A model generated the notes under the pieces. It did not search any database and was not told the DNA's origin. It saw nothing but the letters and a program-made list of their open reading frames with translations. This document shows positions 35,470 to 49,269 of a stretch of 64,000 nt of DNA, in pieces. The stretch spans positions 73,695,849 through 73,759,848 of the forward strand of contig NC_068988.1 of the NCBI RefSeq assembly GCF_001194135.2, given 5' to 3'. The translations under genes were made by a program, and so were the position numbers. Position 1 is the first letter of the stretch. Every line of letters starts with the position of its first letter. Source of the DNA: Octopus bimaculoides. Lineage: Eukaryota.

Positions 35470-36420
35470 GTAGATATTGTTTTTCCATGCTGGCATGGGT
35501 TGGAAAAGCTCCAATGTCATTTTTGCCATTATTTCTATAGCTAGACCCCCTTCCTAATGACAACTACTTTACAGTGTACAGGGTGCTTTTGTTTTTGTAC
35601 CATCAGCACTAGTGAAGTTACCATGTAGCTTGCAAGACAGAAAAGAACAGGGGGGAAAGGGGGAAAAATCCTACTATTGAGAGGAAGTAATTGGGAGAGA
35701 AAGTAGGTGGTGGGTGGCTGTTGAAAGGCTAAAATACAATAGAGGGACAAGCACAGGTGGCTTGCTACAGAGGAGATAAATGACTGAAGGAGATAAGAGG
35801 AAGGTAGTGATGGGGTAGTAGAGCAAACTCTCAAGGAACAAGAAGGTGAGCGTAAGAGAAAATATGTATAGTGAGTCATGAGAGGAAATGAGGAAGTGGA
35901 AGCTTTCATAAGTGTTAAGCAGGAGTAAACAGGTAGAGGTAGGGGTAGAGGTAGATGATGGGAGATAGTATTGTAGAGGGTAAGGTGGGAGATATAGGAG
36001 TGGCTCAGGAAAGAGAAAAGAACAGTAAGAAGTGGGATGATGTGCGTGGTGTAGGTGTAGGAGCAATGGAAAGAGAGATATGGGGATACATAAGGGGCTA
36101 ATGTAGATGGGTCATGATTGTAGACATGGGAGGGGATAAGAGAGGTGTTTAGAATGGAGAATAGTAGAGGGGAGAAACAACAATGACTGAAGGCCCAGGA
36201 ATGAGGTAACTGGTTGAAATAGTGGGGCAGGGACAATGCGGACTGAGAGTGGCTCTTGGGAGGAGGTTACTGTTAGGGAGGGGATAGATTGTAATATGTG
36301 CTCACAAGTGGGTACAGCAGCCAAATAGTATCATAGGCGGAAGAGGGGTGAAAATTGGGCGGAGGAGAATGCTTGATGTCTCAGAGAGAGAGGAGGGAGG
36401 AGGAGTGACGGGGTTTCACA
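35470..36420 (-). repeat. Degenerate RTE tail followed by GA-rich repeat of unassigned family
   Basis: ttttccatgctggcatgggttgg tail, then ~750 bp of purine-skewed sequence. A similar tract lies at 48590-49210. Confidence 0.45.
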
Positions 36421-36665
36421 CATACAAGCACATCACAATGTCTGACAACTCCACCAATTGCTGACTTGAGCTCAGATCTTAACAACACTTTCAACTTATC
36501 TGATTCTTCATTCCATAACAATATCGTTTCTCAAGAGGGAAAACTCTTTAACAAACGGTGATAATAAGGTTAATTTACAGGGTTCTGTGATACCTATCAT
36601 TGCTATTAAACTTTATAATTCTAACAGACCTATTAAACAGGTTTAAAAAATTCAATTCGTAACTT

Positions 36666-36697
<32 letters not shown>

Positions 36698-36709
36698 TTA
36701 TTATTATTT

Positions 36710-36866
36710 GGGTGAAATGCTTAACAGTATTTCATCTATCTTCAAATGCCACTGGGACTGACTTTGCCTTTCATCCTTTCCAGGTCGATAAAACAAGTAC
36801 CAGTGAAACACTAGGATTGATGTAGTCAACTAGTCCCCTCCTGCCAAATTTCAGTAGAAAGGATTA
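36710..36866 (+). mobile_element. SINE family A, 5'-truncated, in (TAC)/(TAT) array
   Basis: Core gcctttcatcctttccaggtcgataaaacaagtaccag. Confidence 0.78.
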
Positions 36867-37475
36867 TCATTATCATTACTATTATTATGTTAAATCTAAT
36901 TTCAGGTTGGTGTTATGCTATACAATCTCAAAGTTTATTGTTTTTCTCAAAAGAAAGTGAATGTTGTGATTCTATTCTGAAAGTCTGTAGTGCTTTCTCC
37001 TATAAACCTCTCATTCCAATTAAAAACTATATATTTTCATGAAATACAATTAGTCTAGTATAAAAGTTATAAAAATATGACTATCAAATGAAATTGGGCA
37101 AAATTTACTGTTCAATATTATGAAAGTTGTCAAAATAACCAATTCCTGAGCATTGATTTCCTAATTAAGTCGCAAATAAATAATAATGAATAAATAATTA
37201 ATAAATAAAGCCACTGAATTCTAACTCACCACTTGAGGTACTAACAACCATTAAGCTTAAAAGTTGAAAGAAAAAAATCCAAAGAAATTTACTTCATAAA
37301 ATTAAATTTATAAAATAGTGCAAACAGGAAGTCATTTGACAAGATCTTTCCAAAATGAGTCTAAACTTAGTTCCTCATACAAAAGATTACTTAGTTCCAG
37401 TTTTTGATACCCAAATTAATAACATCATTTGATCTGAGGTTGTGAGTGGTTCAGGATTTAGCAACAGGGCTTTAA

Positions 37476-37687
37476 CCCTTTAGCATTTAAACCAGCCATG
37501 TCTAACCCAAATATTTTATATGTTCAAAACTAGCCAGATCTGGCCTCTCACATCTACCCTAGAATGTCATTCTAAAAATAAACAATTACATCAAAATCTC
37601 AAAACTACAAGATAATGCATGATTAATTCCAAACAATGTGAATAAATAAGCATTATATTTGACAGAGTCAATCTGAATACAAAAGTG
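37476..37687. mobile_element. piggyBac-type MITE
   Basis: TTAA|CCCTTTAGCATT...AATACAAAAGTG|TTAA: TTAA TSD with a degenerate 12-bp TIR (9/12 matches). Confidence 0.68.
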
Positions 37688-38798
37688 TTAAGACTGTAAC
37701 ATGGAATTGGTTAGTTCTCTTCCTTAAGCTAAATAGTGTTGTACCTCATTTGTTGAATAACGTCATGGTACTCAGTTTCTATTATCAAAACTTATGACAA
37801 AAGCACCACATCTCAAATCCCTAAACATTCCAAACAATCAAACAGACCCACATACAAAAAGAACTTTCAGTACAATACTATTGACATACACCTAAAACAC
37901 ATCAGGCTTGAAAGAATCACTACACTCACCAACATCAACAATTGTTCATATTAATACTGCTATCAAGAAGAAACCTGAAAACTTGTTAGTAACAAATAAG
38001 GAATATATTCAAGAATATTATTAAGAAAACTGCTTAGAATAAAGTGTTCCACTCAACTACTACTAAAATAATAGCTTGCAGAAGACTAGAAAAAAATTTT
38101 GAAACATTGGCAATAGGAATTTTCATTTTCTAAAGAAAGCAAATGGTTAACAAAATATGAAATATATAAACTGGAGAAAATTCTTATTTTAATAAGTTTA
38201 AAGGTAGCTGAAGCTTCATTCTATTGCTATTCCAAGTTTCACAAATTAGAAATCAATCATATATTGAATACATTCTTTCTCTTTTGACTACTTACTCCAA
38301 TATACACATATTCAATTTATAGTGATTATAAATTATAAGTGATTATAAATGATAAGAGGAGATTAAACAAATGTGTCCAGTCACAATAATGCATAACACA
38401 CTGGATCCAGAGATATTGCTTAGTTTCATATATTGAAGGAATCTATGACAAAGAAAATTACATGTTAAAATATGTAGTGCTTTTATATGTTTTTAAAACC
38501 TCTACATCAGCTTTATTTAGCAATCTAATAAATATCTCCTGGGTGTTATGGAAAACAAAGAATAAAATCCAATTTGGAATCTAATTCTTACTGAAAATTT
38601 TTTAAAACTCCATTTTGCAGCTATTATACAACTAGAGGTACTCTCATCGGATGGTTATCGAGCCAGCTTTGAGAAAGAACATTATCTCTAATACTAATTT
38701 CAAAGGAATATTTATGATACATTCAAAAGAAAGCATAACTAGTTCTTATATTGAGAAAGATTAAGCGCTATAGATATGTAGCTGAACATGTGAAAGTA

Positions 38799-39640
38799 CA
38801 GGGTGTTCAGGCTATATTTGGTGATTTTTTTATGACTCCTATTTTCAAGAAACAGCTTGATGTATTAGCGAAAAGTGAACAGCGTTGGAGAGCATAAACA
38901 TTTAAGTTGTAGTTGAGAAAAAGTTAGCTGACATGGAGGACTGAAAGCTATCTGAATATTGGAAAAGAGTTACCTGTGTCATGATGATTTGTGCTGGGTA
39001 TCAAAATGCCAACATCATAACTGCTGCTCAATGCTCTGTGAACACGGTAAACATCGTCCAATGTGATGTCCCATGTACCATGGAAACCAAGGTCCTCCAA
39101 ACTGTGTTCTTTGGGTGTGTCTCCAGTGAGGATAACGCTATGCCACCCCACATCTTTGAATAGGGCCTTAAACTCAATTCAGACAGCTATGCAAAGCTGC
39201 TGAAGACTGTGGTCACATCCTGGCTGAAGAAAGTTACTACTGGAAGGCCATATGTGTGGCAGCAGGATTCAGTTCCTTCACATACCTCCAAAATGAGTCA
39301 GAAGTGGTTGTCAGAGAATTTCTACAGCTTCACCAACACCAATTTCTGGCCTCCTAATTCCCCCAATTGTAATCCCATGGATTACCATGTGTGAGGTGCA
39401 GGCCAAGACATGGAGGTGTCCAAAGATTTTCCCAGGGACATAGCGAAGAATGCATGCACCACATTCTGGAATTGTCTTGAGGCCACAGTGGAAGCTGAGG
39501 TCAGCTACTTTGAATGTTAGCTCCCAGTCATAATCTAGTTGATACTTTTTGATTTCTTTTAAATGCTTTTATTTTCAGATGGGAAATGGTCTTCTCTTTT
39601 TTCTTTTATGCAAACTGTCAAATATAGCCTGAACATCCTG
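38799..39640 (+). mobile_element. Tc1/mariner DD37D (maT-like) element, internally deleted
   Basis: TIRs cagggtgttcaggctatatttg / caaatatagcctgaacatcctg. WQQD...NPMD has 37 residues between the two aspartates. Confidence 0.88.
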
Positions 39641-39816
39641 CAAATACTTTTTTTTTTTTTGGTACTGACAAAGAAATTTTGTTTTATTACAATGGTGTCA
39701 TATGAAAGGTGAGTAAAAAAAATATTGTCACGAAAAAAATTATTTCAATGTATTCAAGCTAGTTCAAGTATAATATCTAATCTATGGTTGTGTGATTAAA
39801 ATGTTAACTTCAAAAT

Positions 39817-42800
39817 TGTTGTGGAAGGATTCCAACCACCCACTAAGTGACTGAAAGTGAATGACACATTGCTATAAAATAAATAACTGTCAGTATTTCA
39901 TGGTAAAGCAGTTCACTGTGAGCCATTGGCAGAGAGTGCTTAACCTTGTGTAACAGTAATCGTAGTGCATCATGTGAACAGTTTCTTTCCCACTGCTTCA
40001 TCAAATTATTTATCCAACACCAGGATATAAAAGTGGCAATGAGTTATTCAAAGCTTGCAGTGGAAGTTAATTTTTTTTTTATATACAAAACCAAAGAAAA
40101 AAAACATTAACATGGAGGTACAGTTACAACAGCAAGAGCAGCAACAACAACAGCAGCTGCAACAGCAACTACAACAGCAACACTAACAGTTGCTGGAATT
40201 AATGTTGAAGAAGTCTGAAAATACTTCAGATTCTTACTCGCCAGACAGCATAGCAAATTCAATTGAAGAATTCAGCTATAAACCAGAAGAAGGGATTACC
40301 TTCTCTGCATGATACAAAAAAATCTTCAAAGAACAAAGTAAAAATTGGACAGACAAGAAAAAAGTATGACTACTTTTAAGAAAGTTATCCCCTGCCAAAC
40401 ACAAAAAATATAGTAACTATATTCTGCCAAAGAAACCAGGTGAGATCTGTTTTATTGAATATTTTCAGTGACAGAAGTTCCCTGTTCAGTACTCGCTGGC
40501 AGTGTTTAAATTTGGTCAAAAAAGATGAAGATTTCTTCACCTATGCCGGGGTTGTTAACAGAGAGTGTGAAAAATTCAAATTAAATGAATTAACCCTGGA
40601 CATGTTCAAACATCTAATTTTTGTTCAAGGGCTAACTGCAAACAAAGATGCAGATATACGTTCCCAGATATTAATAAAATTAGAACTGGACCAAAAATTA
40701 ACTCTACAAGTAGTAGCAGGAGAATGCCAGAGGATTATAAATCTAAGACATGATGCAGATAAAATTGATGAAAAAGATTGCTCTCATATTCATGCATATC
40801 GACCAGTAATGGATAAGAAAAAAGAGAAAAAATGTCAAGACCAAATTCATGTTGAGTGCTGTGGTCTACATTTTAAAAGCAACTGTCCGTTTAAAAATAT
40901 AAAATGCTTCAAGTGTGGTAAGATAGGTCATAAAAAATCACACTGTAAAGCAAAACCTAAAAAATGGTTCATCAGAAAATATCATGTAAACAGGTTATCA
41001 GTGACAAGAAATACGAACGAGCCTCAAAGGAAATTTGTGAATGTAAAAATTAATAACACAAACGTAAAGTTACAATTGGATACAAGCAGTGATATCTCGA
41101 TAATTAATGCAGATACATGGGAAAAAATCAGGAGACCTAGATTAAAAGAAACTTTGAAAATTGCCCACAGTGTTTCAGGAAAAAAATTACATTTTAAGAG
41201 TGAAATGATAAGTGATGTTACATTTCATGGAAAAACCTCAAAAGCCAAAGTTTTCGTATTGAATAATAAGACAAATTTATTTAAAACAGACTGGATGGAA
41301 TTATGTCACTTATGGGACTTCCCTATAAATCTTTTCTGCAAAAACATGAAGGGCTTTTCCACCAGTTGTCAGACAAATTAAAAAAAAAAATTTAAAAAGA
41401 TCTTTCCTGAAATTTTGTCTGACGAATTAGGTTTGTGCACCAAAACAAAGGTGAAGTTTCAAGTAAAAGAAAAGGTTACACTGGTATTTAAACCAAAACG
41501 AATTGTACCTTTCATACCATTGAAACAAGTCAACATTGGATACACTTGAAAAGCATAGAGCTACTGAAAAAAATTGATTATGCTGAATGGGCATCCCCAA
41601 CAGTTTACATGATAAAAAAAAAACAATAAAATCCAGTTATGCGCGGATTTTCATCTAGTTTAAATGAGTGTTTGATGACACATAATTACCTGCTACCAAG
41701 TCCAGAAGAAATTTCTACAAAGTTAAATGAAGGAAAATTTTTTTTCAAAGTTGGACCTATCTGAAGCATACCTACAGGTACAAGGTGAAGAGGGGTGTTC
41801 AAAACTATTAACAATAAACACTCACAGAGGAGTATTCAATAGACTTCCTTTTGGTGTAAAGGTAGCACCAGGTATTTTCCAGCAAGTTATGGACACTATG
41901 CTAGCAGGTTGGGATTTCACAATAGCCTACCTGGATGACATGCTCATTAAAAGTGAATGCTGGGACCAGCATGTAAAACATGTAAAATATGTGTTCAGAA
42001 AAATTAGGGATTATGACTTCACTTTGAGTGAGGAGAAGTGTGAATTCTCCTTACTGAAAATAAAATATTTAGGGCAAATCATTGACAAAAATGGATGTCA
42101 ACCAAATTCATCAAGGGCATTAACAGTATGCCCCCTCCAAGAAATATATCTACCTTACAAGTTTTTTGGGAACAGGCAAATTATTACCAAAATTATATAC
42201 CAAATATGCATAAGGTAGGAGCTCCACTAAATAATCTACTAAAAAAAATGTAAAATGGAATTGGTCTGAAAAATTGTTAGAAGGCAGTCAAAGAAATTAA
42301 AGAAATATTAACATCTGATTTGTCATTAGCACATTTCAATCCCACAGTGGAGATTGTAGTAGCTTCAGATGTCTTTGAGTACAGTATTGGAGCAGTAATG
42401 CTACATAAATATAGATGGTAACATAAAGACTGTGGTTCATGCTTCACATTCTCTGCCACCAGCAGAGAAAAATTACAGCCAAATCGAAAAAGAGGCTCTA
42501 GTGATTATTTTTGCCACAAAAAAATTGCACAGACTTTTACACAGTAGAAGTTTTCCACTACAGACTGATCATCATCTGTTATTATCTATATATGGGCCGA
42601 AGAAAGGAATCCCCACCCATACTGCTAATAGGTTGCAACGCTGGGGTACTATACACTGTTTATCAAGACTGATTTTTTTAAATGCTGAACCATTTGAAGA
42701 TACCATGATTATTGCGTTGCAAGCGTAAAGTGAAATTTAAAATGTTTTGTGTAGTGTCATATGTGAACTGCCAGTTACATTACAAGACATAAAATTAAAA

Positions 42801-44852
42801 GTAGAAAATGATCAATTCATTAAGGCAAGGCTAACACCTCAGACATAGGAAAACACTCTTAAATTGAAGATGCTCTCACTCAGCAAGAATAAAACCCAGG
42901 TAAACTAAATATGGCATACATCAAGAACTATGTCAGATCTATCAAAACACATATTCAAACTTCCACATTATCTATTTATGACCTAATTATAATTTCAAAA
43001 TTACCAATAAGGCAAACACACCCTTATTTTAGGTCAATCTTTCTACTAAACTATCAAAGATAATATGCTCTAACTTGGAATGCCAACAGACTGGGGTACA
43101 GACTAGATGTTGACTCAAAGACATTGATAAAGTTGGCCTAGATTTCATTGTGGGGTTACTCATAGCCATATGCAGCAGTTTAAGCGATTTTGACACCCAA
43201 GGAGTAGCATTCAAGTGTCTCTGGAAGATGAACATATAAAGTGTATCTAATCACACTAGAATAGTATCTAGGCATGTATCAAAGTAATACACATGCAAAA
43301 TTTCAACCTATTACATCAATTATTCTCAGAGATATTGTGACCTAAAGATTGAGAAAAACGTTGGAAATGGTTGATTTTCCAACAATGTCCAACTACACAA
43401 GGATAATATCCACATATTAGCGAAATATTTGCAGTTTTGCACAGTCTAATAATGCCCAGAGGCATATCCATTGCTATTTTTCTGAGATTTTGCTATCTGA
43501 AATCTGGGGTGTTAATCTTGCCTTTAAAAAAATGAAAGAAATGCTGAGGGCTAAAAGAGATAAAAATATGCGTTTTTCTGAACACAACACAAATTCAAAT
43601 CCATTCTTAACATGTGACAATGTGTTGATGTACGCACAAAGAGTCATAGTGCCAGCCACACTGCAGAAGTGATTACTAAAGGAATTTCACATTGGTCACC
43701 TAGGGATTTCAAGAATGAAATTGTTAATGAGAAGTTATATATATTGGCCAACAATGGACCGTAACATTGAAGAACTAGTGAAAGCATACAAAGGCTGTGC
43801 CCTAGCTGCAAAAGCACCTACCACTAAAAGGCAACCGTAGCCAAAAACAGATATTCCATGGTCCAGACTACATGTTGATTATGCAGATCCACTCAAGGGT
43901 TCATATTACCTTGTTGTGGTGGACAGTTTTTCAAAGTGACCTGAAGTGCATAAGTGTAAAAAGACAACACATGTGGTTACAGTAAGTTTTGTACACAAAT
44001 TGTTCACCAGATATGGCATTCCTGACACCATCATGTCCAATAATGGAACTCAATTTACTTCAGATGAGTTCAGAAAATTTTGTAAAATGTTCATAATTGA
44101 ACATGTGACCACTCTGCTGTATCATCCTAGGTCAAATGGCCAAGGGGAGCATTTTGTTGACACTTCCAAGAGGGCCTTAAAAAAGGTCAACAATGAAGTA
44201 ATGGACTACCTTGTACTTCAAACAATTTCTAAGAATGTACTGAGTAACACCTAATCTGAATACTCCATCTGGAATGTTGCCTGAAGAATTGATGTTTGCT
44301 AGAAAGGTCAGATCTATCTTTCATAAGCTAATACTGAGTGAAAATGGGAAAAAGGTGAACAACAAATATACTTCAAAATTTTTTAAGTTAGGTGACAAAG
44401 TATTTTTTAAAACCTATAGATATGATAAAGAAAACTGGGAGGATGGTGTAATTATTAAACAAACTGGAAGAATGTTATTCCTGGTAAAAGGAAAAAAAGA
44501 CATATTAACCAACTTAAAAAAAGATTCACAGAAAAGCAGTTACGAGAAATGAAATCCCTATGGAAGTATTTCATGACATGTTTGAGGTACCAAACCCAAA
44601 GAATTTGAAATTACATGTTCTAGCACCAGAAAATGGAAAAAAAACAGAAACACTGGAATTGAACCCTAAGCGTAAGAGATATTAAAACTCTGAGTGGAGT
44701 TTAATTCACAAAAGGGGAGAAATTAGGGGAGACTAAATCTAAAAAGGGCAGATGTTATGGAAGGATTCTGATCACCCCCAAGTGAATGAAAGTGGACTGA
44801 CACATTGCTATAAAATAAAGAACTGTCAGCAGTTCATGGTAAAGCAGTTCAC
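39817..44852 (+). mobile_element. Ty3/Gypsy LTR retrotransposon, near full-length, inactive
   Basis: 5' LTR ~39817-40032, with ~100 bp repeated at 44753-44852 (truncated 3' LTR). PBS-like tggcaatgag, PPT aaaaagggcaga. Motifs: gag CFKCGKIGHKKSHC, protease LDTSSDISII, RT YLDD, RNase H YSQIEKEAL, integrase LHVDY and HPRSNGQGE. Confidence 0.93.
42824..43522. mobile_element. Non-autonomous TIR element in TTAA (Kolobok-like GG termini) inserted in Gypsy pol
   Basis: TIRs ggcaaggctaacacctcaga / tctggggtgttaatcttgcc. Removing it restores the frame ENDQFIKKMKEM. Confidence 0.72.
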
Positions 44853-46476
44853 CAAGGATGAAGCATAAAAATGATTGATATATTCACATTAGTATTTGCC
44901 AGAATGTATTAAGAATGAATAGAGATGTTATTGCTTAAATTCTTGCTGTTTTGCATGCACATAATGAAAAACCAAAGCTGAGAAACTGAATTTGTACGTG
45001 TTTAATATACAATCAAACTGAGTAAACTCAACCCAATCAACTAGCCCTCAACACTCCACAGACATCCCATACATTAAACCTATATTAACTATGTATTGAT
45101 CAAATCACTAGTGAGTGACTGAACTGAGCATTGAAGTTTCCTATAGTTTTAGAATTATTAATTCTTGGTTCATTTATCCTTAGTTAAATCTTTTAAGTTC
45201 TAAATGTTTCCTACAAATCTCTAAGGCAAGCTGATAAATAAGTATCTTCAACAAAGATGTTGCACATGAAAGATTTACAGAAATAGACATTCTGAAAGTA
45301 TCACCATATTTCTATAATGATACTAGTTAAGATGACAGACTCAACAGAACAAATTGAAATGCTGAACTTTGTAAGCTTATTTATAAAGTAATATGATATT
45401 GCAAATGTAGTGAGAACTTAATGAAAGTCAAGAAACATAACTACCACATTTAGCAGCTGACTAATTCAGCTACACTGAGATTTTGCATAAAGAAGAATTC
45501 ACTAATTCTGATAAAATTTGGGATTAGCAAATGTAATTTACACCATCTTCTATTAGTATATGGTTCACATATTTTTTTTTATATTGCAACTGCAAAACTT
45601 AACTGTAAATGCCAGCAACATCAGTTGAAATCACAGTAACCAAACATCTAGAATTTTTTAGATTGATAGCAAAAATTAATAAATTCACTTCAACAATAAC
45701 TAGGACAATTAATGTAAAATGATCTTAGCAAGGGTTATAGCAAAGTTCTTGTATAGCTTCAAAAAGCAACAAGAAGAAATAATGCCTACAAGATAACAAG
45801 TGTAGTTATGGTGAATGGGCTTGTCGCCAATTAACTAGGTGAGTTTTTCTGTTGAGAATATTTAAGTGTGCTGCAGATACATGCAGAAATACTGAACACA
45901 CTTGAGCTTTGTAAAGAACTACAGCCACCAAATGAAATAAATTGTAACAGTATATCTATGCATGTGAATATAATTCTATTGCATTTCATTTTGTTTGTAT
46001 AATCAATAGGTGAATAACATGCTGAATAATATTAGGTTACATAATCAATATGCAGATAATTTATAAGAAATGAAAAAAATCTAAAAGTAAGAATATTTCT
46101 TTTGCTTGGTAATTATTGGTTAAAAAAAAAGGAGACTCTTTAGTTTCTACAGTGTTTGCGATATTTGTCCAGACACTGAAGCAAATCAGGCAAACACACA
46201 ACAAAAACAATGACACCTAATATTTGAATAAAAAATCTTACTATTTCTTACTGATGTATGCAACATGTTACAGCTTACTCTTCTCAAAAATGATAAAAAG
46301 ATAAAACATTAGTAGAAAACATTCCTTTGAAATGCTACCATAATTAAATAACTACAGAATTTGTAAGTTTCTAGAAATAAGTATTTTATTAAAATATTTC
46401 ATATTATAAGAAAAGAAACAAGATATTACAAAACAAATTATTAATGTCAAACATTATTTAAAAATTATGTCCTTAC

Positions 46477-46557
46477 CAGTTGTCATCTTCCCACTGATGA
46501 AATCTGGATCTTTTTTAATGTCTGCTATGGCAGCCAGTGGAAGGCCCCAGTTGGCAA
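46477..46557 (-). CDS. MPC1: MPC1 coding exon, 81 nt ([27 protein letters not shown])
   Basis: Minus strand reads ttttattgttccag|TT GCC AAC TGG ... ACA ACT G|gtaagg. It matches the MPC1 segment [27 protein letters not shown] and is phase 1 at both ends. Confidence 0.96.
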
Positions 46558-49269
46558 CTGGAACAATAAAATAAGATATAATAACAATGTTATGATACAG
46601 CATAAAATTGGCAATGGACATCATCATCATCATCATTTTGAATGAGTTTTTCCATGTTGGCATGGGATGGACAAGCTTCTCCAGTACAGTATCTTGCTAT
46701 TTGTTATATGGTCATTTGTCATCATCTATTTGTAGAATCCAATTATCCAACATCATAGGCCAAGAAAGAAGTTTCTATGTGGTTGCTTGACCTGCTAAAA
46801 TTAGCTTCCAAATATCCCACAAATTACACCCTCCTGTCTTAAAAAAAGGGACACAGTGGATAACAGAATCCTGGACTTACAAAAGAGATGGGATGATCAT
46901 ATCTGGAAACCCTTTCATCATTGATCAAGAGCAGCCTGGAGGTTACCTTCACTTGGATTGTTTAGCACATCTTTACTCAGCCTCAGACATACTATATATC
47001 TGTACAGCACAGTCACCGAACTTGTATGTTGTTTCATCTACTACCGAAATTTTGTTTTTTATTATAGCTCATCTGTGAACCGTCATTCTTGCATGTAAAT
47101 GTTATACATCCACCAGAGCATACCTGCTTCATTTTTCCTTTCCAGCAAGCACACATTTTTCTCATTGAGTGCCCATGTTTCTACACATGGGCATCATACA
47201 ACCTGCCCTGCACTTAGAGAAAGAAACCCTTTATTTCTTTCAGAATAGTCACCTGAACTTTTTCAACCCTACAACACCCATTGCAGCCTAATAAAGTCAC
47301 CTAGGAATTAGAAGCTCTTGATAGTATTCAGTGATCTTCCTGGACAGTTTAAAAAATTCAGTTAACGAGTGCTCTTACTACTACTAACTATTTTTGAGCA
47401 CTCGTTACACAAACCTTCTTCACAGTATTAGTTTTTATTCAGTTACTGCTGTCCTAGATGGATGACCTTCACTACTACTTGTCTCCTCTGTGATTAAGGC
47501 AGAACCTTTTGTTTTTTACACTGCTCAGTTTGTTCAGAGTACTCAACTTCCTAGATGGATTGCCTTCAATACAGCTTGGTAGTCACATCTTTCCATGATG
47601 GAGAGAGTAGATTTAGAGAGTTCTTAGTTTCTAAGAGGATGTAAAGGAAATGAGCAAAAACTGTTTCCATTATGAGAGAAGAGAGACTTGTAATGGTAGT
47701 CAGAAAATAACAGAGTCTCATTTCCCAGTTAGCTGGGAATTGAGGCTGTCGTCAATGATAGTGGGAGAATGTCTTTTTTTTCATTTGGACATTTGTTTTA
47801 AGAGATAAAGTCTTGTCAGATTCTAGCAAAATTGTTCAAGAATATTTCATGAACAAAATTGATTGATATTAATTCTGCAAACAGTAAATCTAGAATTTTT
47901 CTGAGTGAAAGTTCTAAATAAAAACAATAAATGTAAATATTGTTCACTTAGTTAATCTTTTCCCATCCATTTCTTGCAGTACTATAACATCTGATCTACA
48001 CTTTACATCACTCAGTCATTCATCAATGACAGAAAGATGTTTTTCTTCATTTGGACACTCCTTTCATCAATGTTAAAGGTTTTTTTGGAAGCTAATGAAA
48101 ATGTTCAAGAATATTAAACTTATATCCCATACTAAATCAACTCCAGTCTTCAAAGATTTTTTTGTGGCCAATATCTATACAATATCACCATCTTTATGCA
48201 CACTTCATGCAGTTTGTCTTTTCACATGGTGAGAGAAGTTTCTTTTTAATTTTTAAGAAAAGTAATAGATCTTTGAATGCTTCAACACACTTAGCAGATA
48301 GTTTCTGTTATTTAAATGATCTAAGAAAATATCTAAATAACAGAAACAATCTTAATACATTTAGTGAGCTTTCTAAGCAGTTCATGTACTTCATTTTATG
48401 GGTGATTCATGCCCCAAAGTCTGCTTAACATGGTTTCTACAGTTGAATGTTCTTCCTAATGCCAACCACTTCACAGTTTCTTTCATTGTGCTGCTTTTGT
48501 GGAACTAGTATTAATGATGTTACCATGAAGCTTGCAACACTAAAATTCTCTTTGACTAAATGGGGCTACAGTAGAGAAAGAGATAAGAAATACAGGTGCA
48601 TAAGAAATTCAGGTATGAGTGTATGGGAAGAGTGAGATATGACTGGAGATAGGGAATGGGTGTGAGATGAATATAATGAAGGACAGTGTTGAGGGATGAT
48701 AAGTAGAGATGATAAGAAAGAGTAGGTGGAAAAAAGAAACTGGGTAGGGTTGAGGGGTAGACATAGAGACTGGTGGATAAGGAGTGAGAAGTGACCTTTG
48801 ATACATGAGTTTGGGGAGATAGGGGAGAGTAAGAAATTAAATAATGCAGAAAGGAGAATAATAATAACTATTAAAGTCAGGGAGAGGATGAGAGAAAGAG
48901 TGGAAGAGATGACATATTCAGTAGGCTGCAAAGTGAGTGGGTGGAGAAGCAGGCATACTACATGAGAAGAGTGAAAAATGTATAGTAGTGAAGAAGGAAA
49001 GACAATTTCATGGCTGAGGAGTATGATCAATATAAAATGTGGGTAGAAAGACAGTAATAAGAATAAAGGCTGGATATCAAGTGAAACTGTTCTGGTAGTG
49101 ACCTTATGAAGTATGCAGTTCTGCTCACATTTAATAACAGCAACACAACACTGCAGGTTAAGAGATGATGGTTAGTAGGAGTGACATGAGGAGGAAATGG
49201 GGTGAGAGGAAATTGTGTGTTTGTGTGTGTGTGTGTGTACACACACACACACACATTGTGCTTCCAGAA

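Noticed and set aside
35541-36236. 231-aa minus ORF (also 11483-12193 + and 48566-49030 -)
   Set aside because: Low-complexity S/L/P/H-rich translations of purine-skewed repeats, or antisense to a TE ORF.
40130-40195. CAA/CAG-rich tract suggesting a polyQ/T host exon
   Set aside because: It lies at the start of the Gypsy gag region between the PBS and the gag ORF, with no splice context.
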